DNA of 56,409 bases, counting the filler, from Catajapyx aquilonaris (lineage: Eukaryota): the NCBI GenBank assembly GCA_000934665.2. It is 4 parts of 4 records of this genome, joined end to end, with 100 filler letters (N's around TTAATTAATTAA, not from the genome) between each part and the next. Parts side by side here need not be neighbours in the genome. Positions count along the whole stretch, not along the records: positions 28,236 to 42,292 come from JYFJ02007912.1; positions 42,393 to 56,409 come from JYFJ02007913.1; 2 more parts are not named here. One strand, 5' to 3'. The position numbers and the translations under genes were made by a program. Position 1 is the first letter of the stretch, and each line of letters opens with the position of its first letter. Below the pieces are notes generated by a model. It did not search any database. It was given only the letters and a program-made list of their open reading frames with translations, and had not been told where the DNA came from. Shown here in pieces: positions 35,590-49,115 of this stretch.

Positions 35590-36965
35590 CACACTGATGA
35601 TAAGAAACCAACTCGTATGTAAGTAACATGGATTTAAACAAGCTTTCCAACTATATAGTATAACATTAATTTTGTGGATCATTTGCCTGGGAGTTGTTTG
35701 GAGTCAAACACAGGGGCCTATATTAAATAGACGGATAGTAATACCAAGCGGAGCTCTTGGTAATACCTATGCTTTGAAATCATCTTAAGGCTTCTCTTCC
35801 TTCTTGTCGGACGATGCCCATCAATGTCCAGTCTATTTAGTTGCACGTCATCCTCATCAGCGCCATACACGATGTTTCGTTGGCTATCTGCATGCGAATA
35901 CACCATAAGTATAGCCCTTGGCTACGCTACGGGTATTGGCTACGGTGTGTTTGCACCCATTGTTTATTGTTGCTAGTCAAACGGAGTTTTCACGGAGCAA
36001 TAGACGCATTGTAGCTGCAGACCTCTCTTGCCCTGCGGCAATTACGTTTATTAAATTCCTCGACTAGAGCTATCCAAGGCACTCGAAGAGATTCAGGTCC
36101 TTGAATCAGGTCGATGAAATTCCAGGAGGTGTAGACTACCCAAAGCAGGTGAGACCAACTCACACTTATACCATTTGCTTTGAAACCATCTTAACCCTTC
36201 ACTTGCAATCTCATTTAGCCATGCTTAACTTGAAACGTGGGGTCCTTTTTGGACACCACGTCGTTTTTTCGACTAGAAACTTACCCTAACAAAACCATCA
36301 AAATATAAATGCTTCCTGAATTTGGCCGGGACGATAAGTGACATATTTTTTAAAAATTGACCTCCTCTGACCCTTGGTTGACTTCTTGTGATACAAAATT
36401 ACACACTGATGATAGGAAACCAACTTGCATATATGTAACGTGGATTTAAACAAGCTTTCCAACGATATAAAACATTAATTTTTCTGGATCATTTCCCTGG
36501 GAGTTGTTTCTAGTCAAACTCAGGGACCTATATTAAATAGACGGATAGTAATACCATTTGCTTTGAAACGCTTCTCTTCCTTCTTGTAGGACGTTGCCCG
36601 TCAGGGTCCAGTCTATTTAGTTGCAAATCATCCATATCGGCGTCAGGCACTATATTTTGTTGGCCATCTGCATGCAAATACATCATAAGTAGCACTTGGC
36701 TACGCTATACTGGGATTGGCTACGGTCTGTTTGGACCAATTGTTTACAGTTGCTAGTCAAACGGAGTTTTCATGGAGCAATAGACGCATCGTAGCAGACT
36801 GTGCGGCAATTACTCGTACGTCTGTTCCTCGACTAGAGATATCAAAGGCACTCGAAGAGATTCTGGTCTTTGAATTAGGTTCAGGAAATTCCAGGAGGTG
36901 TAGATTACCCAAAGTAGGTGAGAACAACTCACACTTATACCATTTGCTTTGAAACCACCTTAAGG
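35590..36965 (+). repeat. Diverged direct duplication (~35590-36195 and ~36401-36965) carrying dead copies of the LRR gene's first coding exon
   Basis: Colinear matches from acactgatgata(a/g)gaaaccaact to cacacttataccatttgctttgaaacca(t/c)cttaa. A TTAA-CCCTT piggyBac-like end at 36191 begins the spacer between the copies. Confidence 0.88.
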
Positions 36966-36988
36966 CTTCTCTTCCTTCTTGTAGCACG

Positions 36989-38775
36989 ATGCCCCCAAGG
37001 TTCCAGCCGAGCCCTCTGGAGGAGATGGTCATCAGTAAGATTGCCCGTGTTGTCTTGGATCAATGCGTGCAGATCAACTTGTGGATGGATCATTGGTCAC
37101 AGCTCCTGCAGGATACACCCATTCCCCGTGCTGCTCGCATGTACGTGTGGCAGCTGCAGCAGTACGGCCGTTTCGTCTCTAACATTGGTCAACAGGCGGC
37201 AGAGGAGCGATGGGGTAAGGATGATGCCACTGTGACGAAGGTGTAATACTACTGAGCAATCGCATTTTGTCTGCAGGAAACACACTACCGAGACCATTAG
37301 GATATCTCAGCTTAATCAAGCTTGACCATCTGGTGAGATACGCCTGTACCCTGATTGCAACGTGGAAGTGGCAACTTCAGAATTGGGTAAATGATATCCC
37401 AGCTCACTTCGCGGACATCTACACCAAGTCATTAATAATGCAAGCGCCAGCTGTCATTGGCAGTCATCCCTCGCCAGATTTCAGCATGGACGGAATATTT
37501 CACCCCAAGTGCAAACACCTGCACCTTGGTAGAGGTTGGAACATTAGTGTACTAATGGTCAGGGAAGTCCTGAAGAACATCGTCGTCATGAAGGAAGTAG
37601 AACACCTCTACATCGCTGTCTCGAATGTAGAGCTGACCCGTCTCTTCAGGGAAACCCTGCTTTTCCTGGTAAACCTCCGAACTCTGTGGATTCCCACCTA
37701 TGTGGCTAGTGATGACCAAGACCATGACTTTTTGTCGATCCTCAATCAATGCTGCCCTCAACTGAAGGCACTCAAATTCACTTGGGGACTATCAGGGGAA
37801 CAGACTGTATTCCTTGGGATGTTTCCAAACCTCACTCGGGTCCACGTGAATTTCCAAGACCAGGTCACGCAACCGGAAGACGTCATATTTGTCCTCGACA
37901 CAGTTCCCCAGCTGGAGTCAATGAGCCTCCCAGACAAACTGTTTGAGCAGGTCCTGGTGAGTTGCAGGAGGAGATACTCCGTAAGGAAGCTCGACACCTG
38001 TTTGTCTGAGCCTAGCCTACTAGAAAGATTGGTAAACCATTTTCCTATGGTGGAATACCTGAGCATCAACATGCCAGACCATCCCCTCACTCAACTCAAC
38101 AACTTGCTTCGCCTTAAGACGCTCCTCCTGACAGCCTCAAAACCCCAGCAGGTGTTAGATATGGATCCCCTCCTGACTCGCCTCACCTCCATAAGGCTTG
38201 AAGGCATCGAGAATGTGGAAGAGGCTTTGAGTCCCAACAACTTCTATCTTCCTCATATGGAGACTCTCAGCCTTGTGTCCTGTTCAGAGGTCGACTTGGA
38301 GAACGTGTGGAAGGTGTTCCCTAACCTTCTCAGGTTGGATCTGATCAGTTGCCGATTTGTGGGACGTAACCCAATGATGCAACTGGGAATGAAGGACACT
38401 CCCTTTCGGGCTCTCAAGATCTTAGACATCTGCGATTGGACCAACTCCCTAGACGCTGATCATCTGCACTACCTGTTGTCATTTTGCTACGATTTAGCAT
38501 CCTTAACTCTGGACATGGTGGGTACTCTAGACGACGCAACCTTCCAGTCTATTCTCCATTACAACAAAATGGAGCGAATGCAGAAAATGACCCTGACCAG
38601 CTCGGGGTTCACCCTCGCCATTCTGCCTATCCTAAATCAGTTCATAGGAGATGAATTGCGGGTTCTCAACATTGAATTTTATGGTCTCATGGAAGACGAA
38701 GAAGTGGTTGAGGAGAAGTTTAACGAGTACTCAGGAATGAAAGGAAAGTGCCTCGTCGAACTGGAGGCCTTCTGA
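36989..38775 (+). CDS. Leucine-rich-repeat (RNI/F-box-LRR-like) protein, ~574 aa, two coding exons
   Basis: Exon 36989-37214, phase-1 intron 37215-37276 (GTAAGG..TGCAG), exon 37277-38775. Repeated LxxLxL units (LVNLRTLWI, CCPQLKALKF, FPNLTRVHV, FPNLLRLDLISC). AATAAA at ~38942. Confidence 0.85.
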
Positions 38776-39662
38776 AATGAAGATAAAATCACAGATTAGA
38801 GAAATTCCTCAGCAGCAACTGCCAGGATCACGTTTGACATGTTACAAGGCTTCTGACAAGTTTAAACTTCGTTGTTGGAAACACCTGATAGCATATCGAA
38901 AATATGATTTGTAAATATCAGAGTTACAGCAAGGTTACAGTAATAAATAAGTTGTTACTTTGATCAGTTGAATTATGTGCAATTGGTTTTAATTTTAACT
39001 CTATTTGCCTTTTGAAACCTGCAGTTTTGCTGTAGAACAAAAATTTCACCCTCTCTTCTCCCTCCCCTTCACCACCACTTCATCACATTCCACCTCGCCT
39101 CCTCCTTCGTTGCCACGGTACAAAATAATCGTTGCAATGCTGTCTATATCTAGATATCTAGAAGATAAAAAATAATGGTCACATGGTAGGAGGTATATAA
39201 ACCGTGACTTTACCCTATAGTACCTCCTCCCCCCGCCCTACTCCAATGATTCTATGATACGCTATTATTACAGGATTCGTATAAAATGGAAGAATGTACA
39301 CCATTTTATTGAACAAGCGAGAGGAAAATTAAAGGTGAAATGGCACTAATTCCCAATCGCATGCTTCAATATATAAGTTATATTGTTATTGTCTCTAATG
39401 TGTAGTCGGCGGTGGACATTTTCAACTCTACAGGTTATCTTAGGGAAGTGTGAGGCAAACGGACTTTTTGCTCCTGTGGCCATGGTTTTTCAACTGGACA
39501 GTTGTTGGTCTTGACTTTCGTAGTTACCTTAGAATCTTCCGTATCTGTTCCTACTTGGTTGTTACACTGGTGTTAGTTGTTGAAGCAACATAAATATTTT
39601 TCTGAAACAATGCAAGCCTGTCCGTTTGCCCCCGCCTGGGGGCATACGGACACCTACATATA

Positions 39663-40599
39663 AGGTACCTGACCCAAATAAGGCCCAGCTCCCAATAAGG
39701 CCCAGTTTTTATATCTCTGTTAATTGCGGTCGTAACGCAAAATGGCATGCAGGGGTCGATTAAGCATCAAAAAGTGAGTACAGTTCGGTAGATGGAACGC
39801 TCGTGCAGGACACATAGGTCCATGAATTTTGCCAGTCATTATCGAGAGGCCAGAAAAACCGCTGCGTTGTAATTTTGCGCCTGAGAAAAGCCTGGATACA
39901 AGACAAGCGCGATGTCCTACGCCTGTGTAATGGTACGTACAGACACCTGAGCGACTGAGGATAGCTATCGTAGTGGCACATATGATTAAAACAGTTCCCT
40001 TTAGGTAATACAGGTCACTTGCTGACAGGCTATTGCGTTCCTAATAAGGCCCAGTCAACATCGTGGCGGGCCTTATTAGACTTGACTACTTTCAAACACT
40101 TAAGCAAACTTTAGAAGACATGCAGGGACAACCAGACCCGAAAAATCTACAATATGGAAGAGAAAGGCTGTCGATTGACTGTCCACCATCAGCAAAATGT
40201 GTTGGTATAGCTCCGTATGCCATGAGGCTGATATGAGGGATATGCGGAGGTCATTTCTTGTCTAACCTGGGTCCAGGAAGACTGCGTGGGTCTTACAGCA
40301 GAAGATATAAGGAGCAGTTTCTGTGTCCAGATTGTGAAACGTGAGAAATAGGACTTGCAATGGTGGCGGACTTACGTGGGCCTTATTTGGGACCTATGGT
40401 CTTAATAAGGCCCATATGTAACACTTTACTAAGCAGGTTGTCAGCCGAAGGATATGAATTCCAGCATACACGGATATATATTGACTTGTGCATTATTATA
40501 TGATGTATCTGTCCATGCAGTCAAATAAATGCTCAACGTTCACTGGGACTGGTGAAAAATTGTTATCTGTTAGGTGGGCCTTATTTGGTGCAGGTACCT
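39663..40599 (+). mobile_element. Non-autonomous pogo-like DNA transposon (937 bp) with TA TSD and PHD-finger remnant
   Basis: TA-AGGTACCTGACCCAAATAAGGCCC ... GGGCCTTATTTGGTGCAGGTACCT-TA. Internal WVQEDCVGL...FLCPDC remnant (~40268-40336). AATAAGGCCC-like motif repeated internally in both orientations. Confidence 0.8.
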
Positions 40600-41763
40600 T
40601 ATACGTGAAAAAATATACATTTTAACAAAGGAGAACGTGGAATTTAATGGCGCAGAGTGTTGACCTGCACCGGGAATGTCTTTGCAGCTGATACCTCGGT
40701 CCATAAACTATATGTTCGGTATCCCACGAATACCAAGTAGAGGAAAGGTTCCGATTTCACACTATTTTGCAAGAATGGCACATCAAAACTTATCTCACTA
40801 TATACACATCATGGGGATGTCAAATGAAGCGCATAATCTATTGGACATTTATTTTTCCTTGAAAATTTGAGTTTCAATTAGCCCCTTGTAATTAGAGCAT
40901 GTCCATTTGCCACACACCTCACATGCCGTTTGTCCCCAAAGTGAGTTATGTGAGTTATAAGTTACAGCAACAATAGGCGTCTGCTGACAGAAATAACATT
41001 ATGACAGTTTCACCAGCAGGAAAGTGGCTTACGAACTGACGACGTGCCATTGTTCTGAAACCACCCTGATAATAACCACATCCGAATTATACCGAGTCTC
41101 ATATTGCTTCTTCATAATAATCATTATCATAAAATAAAGCAACATAATATTTATCAGCAATCAAAGTGTGTAGATACATATCTTCGGGACACCCTGTATA
41201 TATTGCACCTCCCCTCCCAGTCACCCTGCCTGTGGACCCAGGCGATTTGCAAAAAAGTTCCAGGATGTAGTACAGTAGTACACTGAGGTATAATAAAGGT
41301 CTGTTCACAAACCAAATATTGTGCTACAATCAACAATAATGCCAAAGAGGGGGTAGGGCTGTGATCATGTCTATCACATCTTTTTCATACATGTAAGTAT
41401 CTGAACATGCTCTCTCAGGTGAGTCATTACTGCTGCTCAGCATCTTCAGTACCGGTATACTTACCAGTAATCACTGTTGCTAGGGATTCACTGTCATCGA
41501 CAACTTCTACTGCAGTTTAGCTGCCACCATGCAGAGAATGCAAACTGATCAGCAGATGTTGCTGGTTTTCAGTGCAAACTGCCGTGACTTCTGTACAACA
41601 TTGTTATATTCTCCCTAACTGCTGTTGGCACTAGCATCCTCATTTGCCATCTACATGCCATGTTATTAAAACATTACAAATATCATGCCATATTGGGGGT
41701 CTTCAAGTCGTCCCCATTTGGAAATGGGGTAACTTTCACTGAAAATACACATCCTGACAATTT

Positions 41764-42292
41764 CAACAACAACAACAACAACAACAACATCACGACATTT
41801 CCCTATGAGGGGTAGTCAGCGATGAAGGGAGATGCAAGCTAACCCAACATATGAACTAATAAAACACATGAGAAAGAACCTAAAAACAACCTGTCCCACC
41901 TCCCACCCCTGCCCACCTCAGACATCACCTTATCCTCAGACATATTTACCTATTTACCCATTAATTAACCTACGCCATTTACACCTATCCAAACAAACAA
42001 CCCTAGCCTCAGCCACGTCCATGGTCCTATTGACACAAGAACGTCTCGGCTTAACACTAGCAACACCCTTAAGACACTGGCCCACCTGGTCCAACCATGT
42101 CTTCCTAGGCCTACCCTTGCCCCTCTTACCAACTACTCCACCCATATAAACCTTCTTCACAATCTCCTCCTCCTTCATCCTCTCGACATGGCCAAACCAC
42201 CTTAAAGTAGACCTACACACCTTATCTTTAACAGTCTCCTTAACATTACACCTCTCCAAAATCTCCTCATTCCTAATCCTATCGAACTTGGT
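41764..42292 (-). mobile_element. RTE-clade LINE 3' end (cut by contig edge)
   Basis: DRIRNEEILERC..LRWFGHVERM..GKRGKGRPRKTWLD..DRCKWR is the RTE C-terminus, followed by a (GTT)n tail at ~41764-41789. Confidence 0.9.
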
Positions 42293-42392
42293 NNNNNNNN
42301 NNNNNNNNNNNNNNNNNNNNNNNNNNNNNNNNNNNNTTAATTAATTAANNNNNNNNNNNNNNNNNNNNNNNNNNNNNNNNNNNNNNNNNNNN
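42293..42392. other. Artificial contig linker
   Basis: N44-TTAATTAATTAA-N44. Confidence 0.98.
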
Positions 42393-45300
42393 CAGATAAT
42401 CTTAATGGAAACTTTTTATCACATCCTGTGTATAACCCCACCACTCCATTTTTTGGGGGTGTCCCAATATTTTCAGATCAGAGCAAGTATCTACAACTTG
42501 AATCATATGTGACGTTGTCAATTAGAGCTGTTCAGTCAGGAGTCACGTAACGAGCAAAGGCATTTCCGCCAGGGGAATAGGGCGGAAGTGAGGTCCTAAA
42601 GGGCTGGGAAAATTGTGAGATAAGTCGCTTCAAAAATGATGCGTGTAACGGCTGGTAACAGAAAGATAGTGACGCCCCCTTCCGTCACTGCTGGGAACTT
42701 TCAATACTAGTTCAATCCACCAGAGGCGCTGCCTTTCCCATTGCGGAGGCGCAAACGGGGGCCAATCGGAAGCCTCTGTCATACAACGAAGATGACATTT
42801 TACTGTAATTATAATTAAACACGTGTATCAGTACAATCAAGTGCATTTATGCTTAATTTGACGTTTAAGCACTAATATGCCCCGTTGACATCCGAATTGA
42901 AGTCAATATTTTTCTTGCCCCTCGCAGTTTGCGTAACAAATATTTGTATGTATGCATACCAGGGTACCGTTGTGTATATGCCTAAAGATAATCCACACGT
43001 AGCTGGATTGGAATGTTGTAATCATAGTATCAGAGCGATACGTCCCCAAAGGCTGATCCGCCCCTAATCTTTTCCCACACTGACAAGACAGCAATGCTGT
43101 CACTGAATGTAGAAGTCACACACATGCACCTCACAGTAGGCTACTTTACTAGCTCACACACACACGTTTGCGTGTTTGTCATACGAATTCGAAGTTGTTT
43201 GCCTTCGCCATTTACTTTTCCTTGGCCTCCCGCCCTGTACTATTATTTCTGTAAGTGCTTACCGAATAGATGGGAGTACTATATAGCGAATGTGTGGATG
43301 GTCAAACCTATTAAGTGTTAATTGTTTCGTTACGCGAATAGGCCTATAATTTCTTTGGCAGTAAGCCGGCTGAATATGGCGCTCATGAATAATGCATGCG
43401 GCATGTATTTTAATTAATAGCTAGTACGGAACAAAGCAGATATGGCAAATGAGCCAAGTCGCCATGCACACTGTTACATGACATGAATATTTTAATTCGC
43501 AATTTGCATGACCGCGTGGGAAACGGGATTATTCATAGTGTCAAGAGTGAAAGTACCCGTTGCACCGAGTTGGCCCTACACTGTGTAGATGGCAGGGCAG
43601 TCGGAATCGGGAGATCCAACAGTCGAGGTGCGGTGATTTTCATTCAGAACTGGTAAGGTTTGTACAATAGTGTACCGTAGCTCTATCAGCTATTCTCACC
43701 TTGATGAAGGCAAAAAATAATTTCATTAAAAAAGTAGGATTTCACAAATAAATACGTCATAACTGGATACAAGGCTCTGTAACGGGTTGGATCCATGTGG
43801 GAATTAGCCCGATACAAATGTCATATGACAAAATGGACTAATAAAGTGTACCGTATTTCTACAAGTGATGTAGGCCTAATCAGAATTTTTATTGTAAATA
43901 AAGAGTTTGAAAATGTAATAAATATTACAGTCAAGTACAGTTCCAGTAAAGTAGGGTGGATGTAGCGCTCCTGAACTGACACCATGAAACTGGTCCTAAG
44001 GACAGGTTTCTTCACTGCGTCTATCTTGACTGCGACTGTCCACCAAACGGTTTTCTCTCCATATTTTTCACATACCCCGTACTAATTAAGTGGATAGCGC
44101 CCGCTTACAAATTCCGGCAAAATAGTGCTAGACTCCAGTTTCTATCGGAAAGAACCAAGCTCCAATCTCACGAGCGATTGATTTTGGTGTGGGAGATACG
44201 GATATTCCCAGCAGAATGGACATATTCAAAATATTTCCCAAGCCCAGTCAAAATATCCTAAAGCCCTCGTTAGATAACCCAGCTGGCGTGTGTATCAATA
44301 TGTTAGAGACGCCGTCTGTATGTGCTGCAATGTATGTGTATAGGCATGCGTGTGTGAGAATTGGGCTGTAGCAGCCTAGGGAAAGCTGGTCTCAACTTTC
44401 CCGCCTATCTTCCCGTGACCTTGTCAGGCTCCCAAGGCCTGTTCCCAAGGAGGAAAGGTCGCCTAATTGCTACTACTAGCCATTGGAGAATGGGGCTTGG
44501 GATTATCATCGTGGGAGGAACATCTTTCAAGTGCACCCTAATGTCCCTCACTGCAATGTCACGTTGTCTTCTGGAATTTTTTGGCGGTATATTAGTATGT
44601 AAATTACCTTATACCAGTTCTTCTACCTTCTACCTTTTACCTTATACCCTATACCAGTTCTTTCTAAAATTGAGTTACGTGGTGCTACCTCATAAGAGCA
44701 CCTGCGCATCTCATCCCAGGTAGGATGTATACAAATTCATTCCGATATCCCAATGGCGCCAACATATGTCAAAATCAAGACCCTTTTGTATGGAGGCTGC
44801 TTATAAGGCAATGTGATGTTGTATGACAAAAGGCGAGTGACAGGTGAAGGGAGTTGACAAGGAGCTTTCTATCCGTCATTGTTGCTGCCTGATCTTATTG
44901 AGCGTCGGATGGCGTCATATCCGTCTTGGTGATGAAGCAGCTTGGGTCTCGCCTTGAGTTACGAACGAGTTAGGTTCCCTTAGCCTTTGTTTGGTCGGAT
45001 GTGATCGTTCCCACCAAAACACTTGGGGCTCCCACCATGCGACTTTTTCCCTCAGTGGCTATGGGAGTGCTCAAATTGCTCCCGGGTTTATTATATACAC
45101 CTACTGACTGCCGGATGATCTTCCACTCAAGATCATTCGGTTACCTGAGGCGTCTTGTAAACTTGTGAAGATGGTCATGCCGTTTGGACAGCGATCCAAA
45201 CCAGAATTGAGAGAAACTCTAGGGTGGGTGTGTGGGTAGAATACGAAAAAAAAATCAACTAATTCAATGTGTTGAATAACATTCCTGTGATTTAGATTGA

Positions 45301-48300
45301 AATGAGCCCAGCGGGAGAGTTTGGAGGCATTTTAGAGAGCAAGCTATTAAAAAGCGGAGAATATATACTTAAATCAAGTCGCACGTGCTTGGTATGTCAA
45401 AATGGCATTATATTGTTGTTCTTTTGTATGATATACGTTCACACAACTGAAAAAATTACCGGAACCATTACATTGCAGTCATTATCGAGGCAAGTGGTCA
45501 TCCTTGAAGATCATTGTAATGGGTGTAATATCCCATTATAATGATCCGGCACTCGACGTAATTGACAATTACTTCATGTTAGTAGACCAACAACAACAAT
45601 TAATTTACTCAATTTGCTACCATGTTCCTTGACAACTTTTCTATATTATCCTATTAGTTTTCCACACTGGTATATAGTCAACCTTGTAAGACAGCTCCCA
45701 CCCTTACTGATATGAATGTTCTAATTTTGATAGGAGGCCACTCTCTTCTCCTGTACTGTACCTATATCCCACATATGCATATTGATAGGTCGCCTATCCC
45801 ATCCCACGTTTATAACCCACAGCAAATTGGCAGCTCGATACATATCTGCATATCCGCCGTTCTTCGTCTGTCGGTCATTCATACTCAATGAAGCATCTCA
45901 CTATCTCACAGACAAGTATGCGTCGAGGAAGGCCGTTAGAATCAGCATCAAAGGTTACCGTTACACATATTTTTTTTTCCTTCTTCTTCTTCCCCTCCCC
46001 CCAATAACCGTCCCACAAGACTACCTGAGCTACCTGCCAACAATTTTCTCTCAGGCCGCAAACTGTCCTAAAATCCGGAGAAAAGAAACGACCTTGGTGA
46101 TCTGGTCCACAATAGGGGGCTGCGACCCTTTTTGAGTGAATGCCTTGTGGTCAGCCCCCAGATGATGGGATCCGGCGTCAAGTATACCGACCCATTTTTC
46201 CTTGACCCCGTGGGAAAAGGGGATTATTGTCCAAGATGAGTTTGGATCCACTGCTGACCACTTTGTTGAAAAGGGGACTATCCTGACAGGGGGGCAGGAT
46301 GCAGGTCAAGTTTTGCTCCTCAAAAGTGAACTGTGTCACCCAAGTGTCGGGTTACAGCAGGGTGGGAAATTTTGGGACCTGTGAACATCTTATAACAATT
46401 GACATGGCATATTTCATATCCCTGTGCACAGGTCAACTTGAGGTCAACTGTTAGGTCAAAGGTCACTTATACAAAATCATGTCAAATCACATCCAGGTTC
46501 TTATCTAGTGTATTTAGACTAATTTCGAACACTTTTGGAATGAGTCGCAAGATACCAAAAGGATTCCAATGAACACCATAACAGTGATACCAAAATGATT
46601 CCAATGACAATTATTATTTTGGTCGTCCCCACGGTCCGCAATGTTGTGAAATCCGACACTATGAGAATATTAACCTAGGGTGGTGCAAAAAAGGAGGGGT
46701 GATCCAGTATGTAGGTGAGAGACTCTAAACGGTCTCAATTCGGGGCAGTACAGAGGGGGACCTTTCATCTGAAGAAAGAGACGTGGGAACTCTCCCATCC
46801 GGGTAGCCATCATCATGTCCAGTTGGGTGGCCAGTATTTTCTTCTTTCTTTTTTTATCATCACCTCCATGTCCTTTTGCACCAACCACAAGAACGTGCAT
46901 AAAAAATAAAAAAGGTCTAGACCCACCGTTACCCCCCATTTTTGACCCGGTTAATAAAAAAGGGGTCGGAATTTTCTTGTCAAGGAATTGCTACCACATT
47001 ACACACAGTTATTTCTTAGCTTGATGCGGAGCCCTCAATAATGGAGGCATAAATAGGAACCGGGTCAGCTTTGGGTTTTTGCGGCCTAGTTTGAGGAATG
47101 TGGCCCATCCCCCCAAAAAAATCATCTAGGCTGTTCACCCCCTGTTCATTTCGCTTCATTATGGCCGCTCCTCCCCAATCAGGATCAGCTGGCTCTAAAA
47201 ATTACACGGGTTTGTGTCCAGTACATTATACTACTGGGTATGGCAGATCAGATTTTATCTACGATAATGTGAGCATGTTTTGAAACGGCGATATGCATGC
47301 GCGTGACGTTAGGATAATCACGGCTTGATAGAATCGGTTTCGGTACCATGTTGATGATGTATGTCAGAAGTTACGAGGATTTTTACAGCTAAGAGCAGGT
47401 TTTTGGAGACATACCAGGAAGAAAATGGACTAGGAAACAATTACCCGGCGGCGGTTATTAGCTGCAAATAACACGTATCAATTTTCGGGGTAAAAAGGGA
47501 GGATCCTAGTCGTTTCTCACCTGTTGGCAGCAGGTGAATAGGCTATAATTCATACTTCCTTACTTGCGACAGACAATAATTGGCAATAAGCAACGTACGT
47601 TTATGACCAAAAATGCTTTTAGCCAGGTCAATAAAGGCCTAGATAAAGCAACGTGGCGGAGGTCAGCAGTTGAAACCTCACACGAAACACGCTTGTAATG
47701 CGCAAATTCCTTTCACTTGATGACCTCAGGTTCAAACCGTCTGTCTGCTCCTCTTCCTCTATGAATATCCTAACGTGTCTAGTTTGATCGGTTGTAGTTC
47801 CGCGTTTTGTTCATACGTTTCCGGCAACGTGATGCCACACGGCGTCTCCCGATAAGACGTATCATATTTTGTGGGACAGACGCCATAAAATAATGCCAGA
47901 CGCTGTGTCTGGTATTGCAACGGAAGAAGTTTGCGCAATAGCTTGACCTGGAATCCAACGAAGGGCGTTGGAAGGACAAACGGTTCCTATTGGCTTATTG
48001 GGCGGGATTGCGCAAAGATTAGCTGCGCGTAGGTGGGATTGCGCAAAGATTAGCTGCGCGCGGAGGGTTTTTCACAAAATTCGCATGTTTAATGCAGTTA
48101 ACAAATATTCGGCTGTTTGAAGTGTGTACCAAAAATAGTGGTGAAGATGGTGGGAGGTCTGGACCTGGTTTGGAGGAGCAGAATAAGAAGAGAGCCTCCT
48201 AGGGCGAGGCGAATGCGGCCAACGTTTTGCTTTACAAACCAAGCAGTTGGGTGGCTTATCACTGGTCTTGAAGGGGCAAAAGGGGGCAAGGCAGAAGCCA

Positions 48301-49115
48301 GCCAAGGGGTCAGAAGAGAGAGCTTCTTCACGGCGCGGTCATTATGTAAATCGGGGGTGCCCCCGACCTCCTCCGGAGATGCCCCCCCTCTAAATGCCAC
48401 TCCCTGCCTGCAAGATAAAGTCTTTTGGGGCCACACAGCAACTCACTTAGAGCCCAAGTCAATAGGTTGCTTTTTAAGTGGATGGGCATGGCGCCTGGTA
48501 CCGATCCTTGATAACGACTACCGTATTTCGCTTTGTGCCTCTGAAATAGATCTCAAAAGTTCCGTCCTATTGAGATAAGTGTGAGTTAAGTTGTTTAGAC
48601 TCTTTAAAATGTTTTGGACTTCGACAATATATCACACTTGTAAAACAATAAAACGAACAGTATATTGTACGTGAAAAAATAACGACGAATTTCACACATG
48701 TTTTCGTCGCCTTGAGACAGACACTAGGAGATCAGATGGCATTTTTATTGCTTCATATCCGAACTTAGAACTTGTTTTGGTACTTGATCACATTGTGCAA
48801 GTTGTATAAGCCTCATTAGGTTATAGGTTGAGGACGTCCAATACAAGTTATAAGCCTGTACTTACCTACATACCAAAACGACTCTCGTGCTGATCATTCC
48901 AATGTAAAAAAAATTCGCAACTTTTTGCCAACAGAGTAAACAACTTGCCAAAATTGGTCCAACCAGCAGGGGGAAAGTGTGTATCTCAAATAATTTCTAA
49001 CCCAAGTTTCTCACGAATATTGTGGAAAACCGACAGAAAATTACCTGCTGTGGACACGTTTTAGATTTAGAGAGAGAGCTATTTATTTATTTGATTGTTG
49101 TTGTTATTGTTGCAG

